Numbered from the whole stretch's first letter, positions 10,169 to 22,549 are shown. The stretch is 61,717 bases of DNA, filler included, from Nemertoderma westbladi (GCA_032718475.1; 3 parts of 3 records of this genome joined end to end with filler, not necessarily neighbours in it); one strand, 5' to 3'. The notes: generated by a model not told the origin, from the letters alone. Numbers and translations are program-made.

Positions 10169-12667
10169 ATTACACAAAGAAATCTCAAGTTTCTATACAC
10201 CAATGCCGATAATTTGATAAATAAGCTTGGCGAGTTAATGAGCTCTGTCACGGTTTGCGATCCGGATGTAATAGCCATTACAGAGGTCCTTCCTAAATAC
10301 TACTGCTACGACATAGATGAAACACACTACTGTATGCATGCAATCGGCTACAAGATACTTTGCTCTAATTTAGGGCTTTCATCATGCTCGAGAGGTATTA
10401 TAATTTACATTCGAAACACGTTAACTGGAGCTACAGAAATCGAACCATCAATTACGAATTCTGGAATACGCGATGGTCTAGAATCAATGTGGATTAGCAT
10501 TACACCCAATAAAATTGACTCCAAGCAAACAATAATATTTGGATGCATTTATCGGAGCCCCAGCGTGGACAACTATTGCAACGTAGCGAACCTATTGAAT
10601 TGCATATGTTCTTCTAATAAAAACTCTCAGCTAATAGTCACAGGGGATTTCAATATGCCACATACTGACTGGGATCTGCTATCCACTAACGACCACGGTG
10701 AATCCATAATACTATCCTCCATCCAGGACAATTACTTGTTTCAGATAATTGATAAACCTACACGATATCGTCACGGACAAACACCACATATATTAGACCT
10801 CATATTGGTAAATGAAGAAAATTCTGTAGACCCGCCACTCTATCATCCCACCCTTGGAGCAAGTGATCATGTCCAAATTGAATTTAATGTGAACTTTAAT
10901 GTCAAGGCTACATCTATATCAACCCGCCCGAGACTACTATTTGAGAAGGCAGACTACCTTGCGATCAAAGAAGAGCTGATTGAGAACCAATTAGAGAATA
11001 CATTAATTTCAATGGAAGTTCAACAATCATGGGAAACTCTACATTCCCACCTAATCAATGCTTGTGAGTCACATATCCCACGTTCAAAGGTCGGTAAAAG
11101 AAGAACCAACAAACCAAAGTGGCTAACAAGAGAGATATCCAACATGATTAAAATAAAACGGAAATTGTGGGATGTTTATAAAACGACTCCGTCTGCTACA
11201 TCATACAATAATTACAAGTCCAAACGCAATGAGTGCAGTACAAAGATTCGCAATGCACAATATAGCTTCGAGAAAATGACCGCTACAAATGCTGCGACCA
11301 ATCCGAAACAGTTCTGGAAATACGTTCATTCGAAACGATCAGTAAAATCATCTGTACATAATCTCATCGATAGGGATGGTAATCTAGTCAGTGATAGCAA
11401 AGAGAAAGCGACAGTTTTGAACAACCATTATCACTCCATATCTACTACTGAGGTCCTCCCCGTTCCGATAGTACAACACAATCCAACATACATCGAGAGT
11501 ATTCAAACAATAGATTTCACTCCATCTATTGTGTCCGAAGAGATAGGTAAAATCAACCCATCCAGCGCACCTGGTCCTGACGGAGTATATCCCATAATGT
11601 TAGTTGAGCTATCCTCAGTTCTTGCAGAACCGTTGTCTATCCTGTTCCAAAAATCCATGGACACTTCAACAGTACCTTCGGAGTGGAAACTTGCAAATAT
11701 AACCCCCATCTTCAAACGAGGAATAAAGACGAATCCAGAGAATTACAGGCGAGTCAGTTTGACGTCTGTAGTTTCGAAACTGATGGAACGTATTGTGGTT
11801 GCCGGAATGTGGACTCATCTAATAGAAAATCATTTAACAGCAGATGAACAATACGGATTTCAAAAGGGGCGATCCTGCACTCTCCAATTACTAGATGTCA
11901 TCTACAACTGGTCGCAGGCTATGGACAACAAACAATGTGTAGACGTTGCTTACCTAGACTTCTCGAAGGCGTTTGATGCAGTTCCACATAAACGGCTCAT
12001 ACATAAGCTAAGTGCTCTCGGATTTGCGGGGAACCTGCTCCGGTGGATTGAAAATTTTTTAACTGATCGCCAGCAACGGGTAGTCGTTGAAGGAGAGTGC
12101 TCCGATTGGTTGGCAGTGCTCAGTGGAGTTCCTCAAGGAAGTATCGCGGCTGTCCTATGGTTCCTTTGTTTTGTAAATGACTTACCATCGCTTGTCCATT
12201 TTTTAATATTCTTATTTGCGGATGACACAAAAGACAGTGTAATCTTTAACCCTCGCCCTACCCCAGCTATTGGACCACTACAGACGGACCTGGACATACT
12301 TTTCGATTGGAGCTGTACTTGGCAGTTGACCTTCAATTATTCGAAATGCAAAGTGATGCATTTGGGTTATGACAACCCAAACCTCCCATACAACCTCGGC
12401 AACCATACAATAGAAGTATCAAATAAAGAAAAAGACCTGGGAGTCATATTTCAAAGGGATCTTTCGTTCAGCCACCATATATCAACGATAGTGAAAAAAG
12501 CCAACCGAACTCTTGGTTTGATATATCGAACATTTAAACATCTAGATGGAGGAATTTTTATTAATCTTTATAAAGCGCTCGTACGACCAACCCTAGAATA
12601 CGCATCAACAGTTTGGTCTCCCCACAGGATCGGCGAGATACGGCTAGAAACATTTTTCAATGAGTGA
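9800..12667 (+). CDS. CR1-clade LINE ORF2 (APE endonuclease + reverse transcriptase), 3'-truncated
   Basis: APE motifs LYTNADNL, IAITE, IYRSP, TGDFN, LDLIL, SDH. RT motifs PIFKRG, NYRRVSLTS, QYGFQKGRS, YLDFSKAFD, GVPQGS, FADDTK, DLGV, RPTLEYASTVWSP. Ends abruptly before the usual C-terminus. Confidence 0.95.
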   Translation: MPAAPPGPPRTLTAPTAPRRTPAAPPGPPRTPTAPFAPRRTAAAPPGPPRSPTAPFAPQRTPAAPPGPPRTPTAPFAPRRTPVVQPGPPRTPTAPFAPRRTPVAPPGRLRTPNALFAHRWTLAITQRNLKFLYTNADNLINKLGELMSSVTVCDPDVIAITEVLPKYYCYDIDETHYCMHAIGYKILCSNLGLSSCSRGIIIYIRNTLTGATEIEPSITNSGIRDGLESMWISITPNKIDSKQTIIFGCIYRSPSVDNYCNVANLLNCICSSNKNSQLIVTGDFNMPHTDWDLLSTNDHGESIILSSIQDNYLFQIIDKPTRYRHGQTPHILDLILVNEENSVDPPLYHPTLGASDHVQIEFNVNFNVKATSISTRPRLLFEKADYLAIKEELIENQLENTLISMEVQQSWETLHSHLINACESHIPRSKVGKRRTNKPKWLTREISNMIKIKRKLWDVYKTTPSATSYNNYKSKRNECSTKIRNAQYSFEKMTATNAATNPKQFWKYVHSKRSVKSSVHNLIDRDGNLVSDSKEKATVLNNHYHSISTTEVLPVPIVQHNPTYIESIQTIDFTPSIVSEEIGKINPSSAPGPDGVYPIMLVELSSVLAEPLSILFQKSMDTSTVPSEWKLANITPIFKRGIKTNPENYRRVSLTSVVSKLMERIVVAGMWTHLIENHLTADEQYGFQKGRSCTLQLLDVIYNWSQAMDNKQCVDVAYLDFSKAFDAVPHKRLIHKLSALGFAGNLLRWIENFLTDRQQRVVVEGECSDWLAVLSGVPQGSIAAVLWFLCFVNDLPSLVHFLIFLFADDTKDSVIFNPRPTPAIGPLQTDLDILFDWSCTWQLTFNYSKCKVMHLGYDNPNLPYNLGNHTIEVSNKEKDLGVIFQRDLSFSHHISTIVKKANRTLGLIYRTFKHLDGGIFINLYKALVRPTLEYASTVWSPHRIGEIRLETFFNE

Positions 12668-14229
12668 TAATTGTAACTCTACATTTAGCCGTATACATGT
12701 ACATGGTACATTTAATGAATTCAATAACTTAATTGATTGGTTTATATTTAATTTCTAGTCTATAAATTTATTTATTTATTTAACCTTTTCATGCCCAAAT
12801 ATACGCATGAAAACCTATGGTACAGTAGGAATACTACATTTTAATTACAATATTTTAATTAAATCATTTTTAATTGTATCAATAATATAGGAATACATAA
12901 TTTATTAATTAATTTTTATTGACCATTTGGAAATAGGCTAATCGCTTCACATTCGGATCTGCACGTAAGAAATCTTTAATTAAATTTGGTATCAATTTAG
13001 ACTATTTGTTTATTGACATGTTTTTAAGCCTGTAGAACAGTACTTATTTACCAATTTATTGTCAATATTTTTAAATACTTTTTTAAAATTATGGTACGTA
13101 CGTTGTTTGCGCCACACTAACCTACCCCGTCAGTTTTTAGTAATTCATACATATTTTATTTAAATTTTAATTCAGTCGGTTTTTAATAATCCATACATAT
13201 CTTATTCAAATTTCAATAGTTCTACCGATTCTACACTACTTTGTTTTAACCTATATTAGTTTGTTGTTTGTGCATCGCCGGTTTTTAACAGTCCTACGCT
13301 GGATTGAGTACATGTATTTCGTTGGTGTCGTATCAGGTTTTTTTTATACTCTTCTTCAACTTCTTACTATATTTTATTAGGCCTATCCTATTACCGGTAT
13401 TACATACAACATATTAATTTACTTTCAGTTCTGGTTCCATATAAAGATTGCCTTAAATTATGTCGGTGATGGGTATCTATAAGTTTATCATCCTCTTACC
13501 CTAAACTATTAAACATTAAACAAGGACTAATAGGGGTCCCAAGTGAAAGTAAAATATTTAAAATAAACTCCAAAAATATAAAATAAAAATAAAATGGGAA
13601 TCTTTAATATAACAACTCCCCAGTGTCACATCTTGTCTAGTTATTGTAAGCTTAGCTGGTCTGCTGTGAGGCTGATTATTGGGTTCGTCATCCTACATCC
13701 GGCAACCTCGACTTTTGTGTATCAGATTAGGAATACCAGTACCGGTAGTGACATTGTACTATCAAACAATTCAGCTATTAAAATAAATTTCAAGTACCGG
13801 TATTTCAACCATTTTTGTGTTTACCGGCAACCGGAAGCTGTTCAGCTCAGCCATTTAGGCCTATTTCAAATTTAAAACGTAAACTCTGAAGCTGAACTGC
13901 AGAACTGTGTGACAGGTGACAGGCTGACAGGGAAAAGTCGCTAACCGTCAGCGGCAGGCTTCGTTCGGTTTTTTGTTCCTTGACCATTCAGCCATTGACC
14001 AGATGACAGCTTGAACGCGGCGATAGCTGGATAGTACCGATATCTTCCTGCCTTCTGTCTGTTATCATTGCACCTACCTGCATATATCAGTACCGGTACC
14101 GGTACATTGATACATTCAGGTTCTAGTAAATTAGTCCTGTCCTGATATCCTTGAGGTTCAACTGAAAACTCAAGTAATTCAGTAATTAGGCTAAACTGTT
14201 AAAATATCCTAACCACTGAACCGTGCCGA

Positions 14230-15705
14230 ATGGATCAAGGAACATTCGATATGGTGGAGGACCACAAAGCTAAGCGATTGACGGTGGCCCGGGTAGGCAA
14301 TCAAGAGTTCGTATTAGTTCCGATCCGAAGTGTTCCTTCCTCTGATGAATTGCGTACCGGTACAACAATACAATCGATTGATACGGCAGCGGCTTCGACA
14401 CCACATGATGAACTAGACCTCCAAGAAGATCGAATTATAAGTGATAATATTAAGGAAAGCCTTGGTTCAGGAGATAAAGATGAAAGCTCTAAGATAGACT
14501 CGGTTGAAAGAGAAGGTGATTCCATAGGCCTTCCGGTAATAAACCAATTTATGAATATTGACTGTAAGTTGACCCAATTACAGCGACTCTTAGAAAAGAA
14601 ACTGTCCTACTCGCTGGCCGGCTATAAATTTATTCTTCAAAACTCGGAAGTTTTGAATTCCAACTTTTCTTTGATTCAACAGGGTGTTGTTACGGTAGCT
14701 GAGGGGGTGGTCCAGTTCAGCGTGCAGATAGGTCGGGATTCTCAGGACGACGGATTCGTAAACATCGTCGATATAATTAAACCGATCGGCGAGATCGAGA
14801 TCCCCTTGAGCGGGGCCTCGGGGCTGAGTCCGCCGGGGGTCCGGTCCCCACGGGAACCCAATCAGTCGTCAGGGGAATCACCGGAACCCAATCGGTCGTC
14901 CGGGGAACCACCGAAACCCAATCGGTTGCGACGACGACGGGTCTTCCGGCTCCCGGCCAACCCCTGGAGTTGGTCCGCCAACCACATCCGCGGTTGGCTC
15001 ACTTGGGCTATCCTCGAGTTTAAACTCCGGGGTTTCACGCCGCAGTTCCTCCAGCAATCCGGCGCCTCGTTGTGCAACCTCAACGCCGAACAATTCGCGG
15101 AATTCTTTCCTCCGCGACTCGCGAATAAATCTAAAATCCTTTACGAACACCTCGAGGTTCTCAAACAGTCGGTGGAGGCGGGAGTCAGCGACGAGGGGAT
15201 TCTCGAGTTGCGAATCGGCCCCCCGGCGAAAAGACGGCCCAAGAGGCGTCGGGTCTCGCCACCTCCGACTCCGAGCCTCTCCGACCTCCGCAGTCGCATT
15301 CCTCCACCCCCGCCGACGGGCGTCGCCCCCGTCCAACTCTGGCAGTTCCTCCTCGAGATCCTAACGGATTGCAACTCGCTCGATATAATCCGTTGGAGCG
15401 ACGATTCCGGGGAGTTCCAACTCCTTCAACCCGAGGTTGTCGCCCAGCTCTGGGGACTCCGAAAGAATCGCACTAATATGAACTACGATAAACTATCCCG
15501 CGCCCTCCGCTATTACTACGACGGCGACATGATAGCCAAAGTCCACGGCCGCAGTTTCGTCTATAAATTTATTTGCGATTTAAAGTATCTCATCGGTTTC
15601 TCCGCCTCGGAATTAAATCAACTCGTTCTAGAAGCCAACGAAGTGGCCTTAGGCCAACGTCCCGTTGTTGTTCCATCGCCTTCTTCTCTAAAGGATTCCC
15701 GATAA
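14230..15705 (+). CDS. GABPA: ETS transcription factor, GA-binding protein alpha / Ets97D-like; single-exon coding region
   Basis: N-terminal OST/ubiquitin-like region ([18 protein letters not shown]...GVVQFSVQI), PNT domain ([24 protein letters not shown]), ETS domain ([10 protein letters not shown]...[40 protein letters not shown]) and the GABPA-type tail [24 protein letters not shown] at about 15765. Confidence 0.93.
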   Translation: MDQGTFDMVEDHKAKRLTVARVGNQEFVLVPIRSVPSSDELRTGTTIQSIDTAAASTPHDELDLQEDRIISDNIKESLGSGDKDESSKIDSVEREGDSIGLPVINQFMNIDCKLTQLQRLLEKKLSYSLAGYKFILQNSEVLNSNFSLIQQGVVTVAEGVVQFSVQIGRDSQDDGFVNIVDIIKPIGEIEIPLSGASGLSPPGVRSPREPNQSSGESPEPNRSSGEPPKPNRLRRRRVFRLPANPWSWSANHIRGWLTWAILEFKLRGFTPQFLQQSGASLCNLNAEQFAEFFPPRLANKSKILYEHLEVLKQSVEAGVSDEGILELRIGPPAKRRPKRRRVSPPPTPSLSDLRSRIPPPPPTGVAPVQLWQFLLEILTDCNSLDIIRWSDDSGEFQLLQPEVVAQLWGLRKNRTNMNYDKLSRALRYYYDGDMIAKVHGRSFVYKFICDLKYLIGFSASELNQLVLEANEVALGQRPVVVPSPSSLKDSR

Positions 15706-15906
15706 AATTCCCGTTTAGTTTTATACACCCCGTTATTTTGTCTGCGGATTAATTATTTTATTGTAATAAATCGATTAAATGATTTTTTCTGTAGCAGTTA
15801 ATAATACTAATAATAATAACAGATTTTATAAAAAATTATCAACATCATTTAACATCGTATTGGAAACGATTTCTTATATTCCACATCTCTAGTTACGTTA
15901 GTTTGG

Positions 15907-15990
15907 GTTCCACCATGGTGGTGTTGGTGTAGCAGTTGCATTGAATACACATCTCTCGGAGGTGTCGTGGGTTCAATCCCCGCATTTTCG
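15907..15990 (+). mobile_element. tRNA-derived SINE head, copy 1
   Basis: GTTCCACC..TGGTGTAGCAG (A box) ... GGTTCAATCCC (B box); same family as copies at about 22550-25956, 40520-40632 and 54381-54545. Confidence 0.7.
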
Positions 15991-17339
15991 TCGTTACGGC
16001 ACGTATATTTAACCCTATTAAAAGGCGAGTCAATCTAGTCAAAAAAGGGGGTCAACCCATAACAAATTCTCAATTCATCCAAACCAACTTTTTTTTATTC
16101 TTTATTACCTTGCTAATACCCCCAAAAAGTTTATAATAATATATTATCCGGATCACTTTCAATTTCCCTTTCAAGTTTCTTTCCTTAGCAACATGGATTT
16201 TACATAGCAACAAGGGGTTGTTTTGGTTGGACTTTCGCCAAATTTAGTACAGACAAACTTTACTCTAATGACTATCGAGTGACTGAAGTATGCACTTCTA
16301 TATAGTTACCAGAATTTAGTTTCCAGAGCAACGGAATTTTGTATAATCATTTAACAATTTTTAATACCAATTTTGCTGGTACAATATAGGGAGCTTATTT
16401 ACACAACTTCTCTACTAAACGGGTGGATGTAACCTCGTCCATCGGATTTATCGACCTCAAAAACCCTTATCCCCAAAAAATCTATTTGTTATATGATAAA
16501 CTATTGTGGTTTCTAAACTAAAACAAATAAATAAATTGCACCTAAAATCATAGAGAAATCATAATTTAATTATGTGAAAAATCTTCACTAACATTAATGG
16601 AAATTATGAAATTTCCTTGCAGTGGAATTGTATAATTTTTTTACAACCGTTACCTTAATATAGCGTGAAGTTATGGATATATTTAAAAATTGGATGCGAC
16701 TTCTAGTTTCCGAGATATAGCAATTAATGTGTAACACGCCAGTGTAAATATTACTAAATTCCCATTGAATCACAGCTTAATTGTGAATTGAATTAAATAA
16801 TTCTGGAACATTACTAATAATTGCTACTTACTCTTCCCTACTGTTGCTTTTGTTTGGCTTGTGTTATGCTAATTTACGCAGAATTTCCATGAATAAACAT
16901 ATGATCCACAAAATATAATTTTATAGACTTTTTGGGCATTAACAAGGTAATATAGATTCCAAAATATGTGGTACGGATTGATTTCGAAATACTTATGGGT
17001 TTTTTGCTAGACTGACTCGACTATAAATATGACCCCCCACCCCTACTAATAGTGAAAACGGTTTTTAAAAATATTTTCGAGTTATATATCCCATTTTTTA
17101 ACCCTACTTTTCGGTAATACGAGTTCTTGGGGGACCTGAATCCGATGGAATCAATAAAAACAGCACTGGACATCTCAAACTTCTACTTTTTGGTGGTGGC
17201 TACGAAATTTGGTGCTAGCACCAAAACTTGCAATATTACGCCGAAAAATACGAGTAGCAATGATCTGGCAAATTAGAATCAGCGGCCCAGAAAACCTAAA
17301 AATGCGAATTTATAGCATCGTATAAGTGAATTTACATTT

Positions 17340-17995
17340 TCAACTTAGGCCTACTTTATAATCTACCAATGCTTTACGTAATGGTCAGGTCTTTCTAAAA
17401 AAAACTATTTTCTACGCCGACGACCTGGCCTTCTGACCTTCAAACCCTAAAGATATCGAGCACGGACTAGACAAACCTGGTGTAAACAGAACTCCCTAGA
17501 TGTAAACCTTATCAAAACAAAAATAATAAATTCCGAAACAGGGGTCCGCCTAGCCCTTTACGATAAATTCCCTTATGACGGAAAACCAATAAAGATCTGT
17601 GACCACTATGAGTATTTAGGCGTTAAACTCCAGCCAACTTAAATGACTAGTTTGACATTCACCAAACACGTTAAATGTAAAGTGGAAAAATCCTACGCCG
17701 CCATCGGCTGTTTGAAAAATTTACATCTGGTATCTGACCACCTTCATGACACGACTTCTCGGCTTACCTATATCCTCTTCATCCACCCTTGCACTTAAAC
17801 TAACAAACCTCCATCAACGACATCCTACACAACACCCGACATCCTATTTATTTCATGAGTTCTAGAACTCTACAAACTACATCGATCTGATCGCATTGAA
17901 AATTTCAACCAACCACCAACCATTTCAACCAACATTAGGACCGGCATTCAAGTCAAATAATTGGAGGAACAGTAACCAGGAAAGCCGACATATAA
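17340..17995 (+). pseudogene. Decayed LINE reverse transcriptase 3' fragment
   Basis: YADDLAF, KTK-type and YEYLGVKLQ motifs in shifting frames; resembles the RT at 49578-50870. Confidence 0.7.
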
Positions 17996-20066
17996 TGGTG
18001 TTGCCAATCTTGCACCAGTGCCGTATCAGTTGGGTGTTGGCAACCTTGTACCAGTGGCGTATCAGTTGGGTGTTGGCAAAGTTGCACCCGTGCCGTATCA
18101 GTTGGGTGTTGGCAACCTTGTACCAGTGGCGTATCAGTTGGGTGTTGGCAACCTTGCACCCGTGCCGTATCAGTTGGGTTTTGGCAACCTTGTACCAGAG
18201 GCGTATCAGTTGGGTGTTGGTAACCTTGCACCAGTGCCGTATCAGTTGGGTGTTGGCAACCTTGCACCAGTGCCGTATCAGTTGGGTGTTGGCAACCTTG
18301 TACCAGTGGCGTATCAGTTGGGTGTTGGCAACGTTGCACCCGTGCCGTATCAGTCGGGTGTTGGCAACCTTGTACCAGTGGCGTATCAGTTGGGTGTTGG
18401 CAACCTTGCACCCGTGCCGTATCAGTTGGGTGTTGGCAACCTTGCATCTGTGCCGTATCAGTTGGGTATTGGCAACCTTGCACCCGTGCCGTATCTGTTG
18501 GGTGTTGGCAACCTTGCACCCGTGACGTATCAGTTGGGTGTTGGCAACCTTGCACCCGTGCCGTATCAGTTGGGTGTTGGCAATCTTGCACCAGTGCCGT
18601 ATCAGTTGGGTGTTGGCAACCTTGTACCAGTGGCGTATCAGTTGGGTGTTGGCAACCTTGCACCCGTGCCGTATCAGTTGGGTGTTGGCAACCTTGTACC
18701 AGTGGCGTATCAGTTGGGTGTTGGCAACATTGCACCCGTGCCGTATCAGTTGGGTGTTGACAACCTTGCATCTGTGCCGTATCAGTTGGGTGTTGGCAAC
18801 CTTGCACCCGTGCCGTATCTGTTGGGTGTTGGCAACCTTGTACCAGTGACGTATCAATTGGGTGTTGGCAACCTTGCACCCGTGCCGTATCAGTTGGGTG
18901 TTGGCAACCTTGCATCTGTGCCGTATCAGTTGGGTGTTGGCAACCTTGCACCCGTTCCAGATCAGTTGGGTGTTGGCAACCTTGCACCCGTGCCGTATCA
19001 TTTGGGTGTTGGCAACCTTGCATCTGTACCGTATCAGTTGGGTGTTGGCAACCTTGCACCCGTGCCGTATCTGTTGGGTGTGGGCAACCTTGCACCCGTG
19101 CCGTATCTGTTGGGTGTTGGCAACCTTGCACCCGTGCCGTATCATTTGGGTGTTGGCAACCTTGCACCCGTGCCGTATCAGTTGGGTGTTGGCAACCTTG
19201 CACCCGTGCCGTATCAGTTGGGTGTTGGCTACCTTGCACCCGTGTCGTATCAGTTGGGTGTTGGCAACCTTGCACCCGTGCCGTATCAGTTGGCAACCTT
19301 GCACCCGTGCCGTATCAGTTGGGTGTTGGCAACCTTGCACCAGTGCTGTATCAGTTGGGTGTTGGCAACCTTACACCCGTGCCGTATCAGTTGGGTGTTG
19401 GCAACCTTGCACCCGTGCCGTATCAGTTGGGTGTTGGCAACCTTGCACCCGTTCCCTATCAGTTGGGTGTTGGCAACCTTGCACCCGTTCCGTATCAGTT
19501 GGGTGTTGGCAACCTTGCACCCGTCCGTATCAGTTGGGTGTTGGCAACCTTGCACCCGTGCCGTATCAGTTGGGTGTTGGCAACCTTGCACCCGTTCCGT
19601 ATCAGTTGGGTGTTGGCAACCTTGCACCCGTTCCGTATCAGTTGGGTGTTGGCAACCTTGCACCCGTGCCGTATCAGTTGGGTGTTGGCAACCTTGTACC
19701 AGTGGCGTATCAGTTGGGTGTTGGTAACCTTGCACCAGTGCCGTATCAGTTGGGTGTTGGCAACCTTGCACCAGTGCCGTATCAGTTGGGTGTTGGCAAC
19801 CTTGTACCAGTGGCGTATCAGTTGGGTGTTGGCAACGTTGCACCCGTGCCGTATCAGTCGGGTGTTGGCAACCTTGTACCAGTGGCGTATCAGTTGGGTG
19901 TTGGCAACCTTGCACCCGTGCCGTATCAGTTGGGTGTTGGCAACCTTGCACCCGTCCGTATCAGTTGGGTGTTGGCAACCTTGCACCCGTGCCGTATCAG
20001 TTGGGTGTTGGCAACCTTGCACCCGTTCCGTATCAGTTGGGTGTTGGCAACCTTGCACCCGTCCGT
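17995..20066. repeat. 36-bp minisatellite, about 57 copies
   Basis: Unit GTATCAGTTGGGTGTTGGCAACCTTGCACCCGTGCC with point variants and a few short units; no spacers. Confidence 0.98.
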
Positions 20067-20170
20067 ATACTTTCCAATTTGAAACAGCGGGATAACGATT
20101 ATTAGAAAAACGGTTGAAATTCGCGTAAAATATAGATTATAATGTTGAATAAAATATTATCATACTGCAA

Positions 20171-21543
20171 TCACGTTTCATCGTGGTATTTATCTGTTGG
20201 CATTAGGAAAGCCCGAATTCTTTGTCGAATAGTTAGTTCTCCCACGTCTACTTCCCCCCTGTCCTTAAGTTTATCTTCAATCGTTCCAATAATAGCATCA
20301 GTAAGTTCCTGTCTATCGTTCTCAAATACTTCCTTGGCTCTCTGCTGGATATCTTCGTCTTTCAGAATATCCCGTATTAGATTTACAAACTTAGTATCAT
20401 CGTATTGCGAATCGTCGTCCTTTGGTTCCTCGCCCTCCCTGTAGACGTTTGTATTGGCCCGACGTTCGCCAGCCTTCTTCTTCATATCGGCTGCTATTCT
20501 CCCCTTAACGCGATCCAACATCATTTCGTCATCGTCGTCGTCTACAAAATATTGTAACCAATAAATTTATGTTCTAGAATTCTTATAAGTTTATTAGGTT
20601 ATTAATAATTAACTGTATAAAAACTATAACCACGTTAAATAAAAAAATATATAAATAGTTATCGTTGAATTGGTGTACATGCGTGATTAAGTAGATTTTA
20701 CAGTAGTTTTAGGTTAATGTGGTGATTATCTGTAGTATTGCATTATAGATATTTTGTGTACGGACGGAATTTATGTATGCAGAATGTAAGTTGTTTTACA
20801 CACATTAAAACAGTGTGTTTATTTTTACTAAGGCGGTAGAAAGCCAGCGCTTTGAATTATCTCGTTTGGACGTTTTCAGATTTCAAATGACACTTGGGAA
20901 GCGAAAATAAAACGGTAAAAATATTTTTTGATAATCCTGTATTTTAAAACCGCAGAAGGATAGCTTTGAGTAAATCCAAATCCGCAATAATAGCAAGCAA
21001 AACAATTTACTATCGTGTACTTAATCTACCTTCATGTCCACCGCCAGGTGCGTGGGCGTGTCCACCATGGACCATATCTGGCCCAACCTCTTCCTTATCC
21101 ACATCATCACCCTCAACCTTGGGGTCACCCCGTTTCCTGTAGGCTTCGTGATCGTCCCCGCTTGGTCCATGTGCGTGTCCCATGTGGGACATATCGGGTT
21201 GAGCTTGCTCCCCCTTCTCCTCCTCGCTGCCCCCATCATCAACTTCACTATCGTCATTGCCGTGTGCGTGGGAGAGGTGTGTGAGATCCGGACCTAGTTT
21301 ACTGCCCTCATCCTCTTCATCTTCTTCCTCGCTATCCCCTGCATCGTCGTCCTCTTCACCGGCTGCGTGAGCGTGGGCCATATGAGTTAGATCCGGGAGA
21401 ATCGCTTCCTGTTGCCCCAAACTTTCCCCTGTGGCGTCATTCACATCTAATACGGCAGAAATAAGAGACATGGATAACAATATAAATATAAGTAGTGGGA
21501 GAAAATTGAGTGGTGCGGAAATTAAAAGAATTAGCTTCACCAT
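20171..21543 (-). CDS. Two-exon gene (21543-21030, 20541-20171) for a ~294-aa signal-peptide-bearing acidic, His-rich protein
   Basis: ATG at 21543 begins a hydrophobic leader (MVKLILLISAPLNFLPLLIFILLSMSLISA). Donor GAAG|GTAGAT at 21030/21029 and acceptor TTTTGTAG|AC at 20542/20541 join in phase 1 into the 20171..20524 ORF (HE-DDDDDEMMLD). Four PD[LM]xHxxHAH motifs; ends KYHDET. Confidence 0.75.
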
Positions 21544-22549
21544 GCACAGACTTACAGATGGTGGCCAGTGTGATTTTTTTATAATTTTGTAAATGTAAAT
21601 CGAGTCTACAAGAAAATAAGGAGTGCGATGCAGCATCTCGATCATTAGGTCGTACAGTACTTCTGGCATAAGATACAGTACAGTAGACCTACTACAGTAG
21701 TGTAATATATTTCTACTGTAGGTCAGCGAGGCGAGATCTCTAGAGACTCTCCTTGCGTTTGTTGTTGATTTCCACTTTGAATTTGTTCACTTGGCAGCGA
21801 TCGTTGGTCTTCAGGTTTGTTCAATCCCACATTTAGATGTTATGTTTTTTCCAAGTAAATATTTTGGTTGCTAAGAATTTTTATATCGGGAATTATTATT
21901 TAATTTCTAGGGTAGACCCCTAATATTTATTTAAATTTAAATAAAGTTGGCATAGGTATAGATTCCCCATATCTCTCTCTTTCTACTTAAACGTTTTTTC
22001 GGCCGTTAAAAAGGGATCGTTACTACATAAGCACACCCTAAGCCAGAAAATCTAAAATAACTGCTCGTTAATCAACGAGCAGAAATGTGATTGGCATAAT
22101 TCATTGTGCCGAATCAGTTGATGACAGATTGCATGCAACGACTAAGTCCAGTTGTGTTTTAGTAGTTTTTACATTTGGTCCTAGCATTCCAACCGGTAAG
22201 GTTTTTTTCCTTTCTTTTTTGGCCTCTCTATTAATTACTTTTTAAAATGTTTATTGTAGGGATGGCTGTAAAATTTCTGATTTTAAAATAGTAAGACCTC
22301 GTAATATAGACCCAAAAGATTAGATTGTAGCACGTGACGCTTGATCAAAGCCAGATTTGTTTCAAAAATGACACACTGGTCTTTCTAGTGTTAAAAGTTA
22401 AAATAAGCTTTCTACGGCCGTTGGAGCAGGTATTAAGCACAAAGTCTGACGACTTATTTCCAGTGCGGTCCCCCACGAACTATACTCCCCGAGGAAACTC
22501 CAGAACCTTTTTAGTTAACACTTAAGGATGCACATGCAAGGCATAGATT

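Noticed and set aside
9432-10278. Gly-rich, Arg-rich and Glu-rich ORFs on other frames
   Set aside because: Shadow translations of the 60-bp GC-rich repeat.
17995-20066. CRISPR array (36-bp repeat) or long repeat proteins of 400-570 aa
   Set aside because: Units are directly adjacent with no unique spacers and no cas genes. ORFs appear in nearly all frames because the unit is a multiple of 3 with few stops, and short units shift the frames.
21544-21669. N-terminal extension of the His-rich ORF from the upstream ATG
   Set aside because: The ATG at 21543 places the hydrophobic leader at the N-terminus; the upstream stretch is more likely 5' UTR, though this is not proven.
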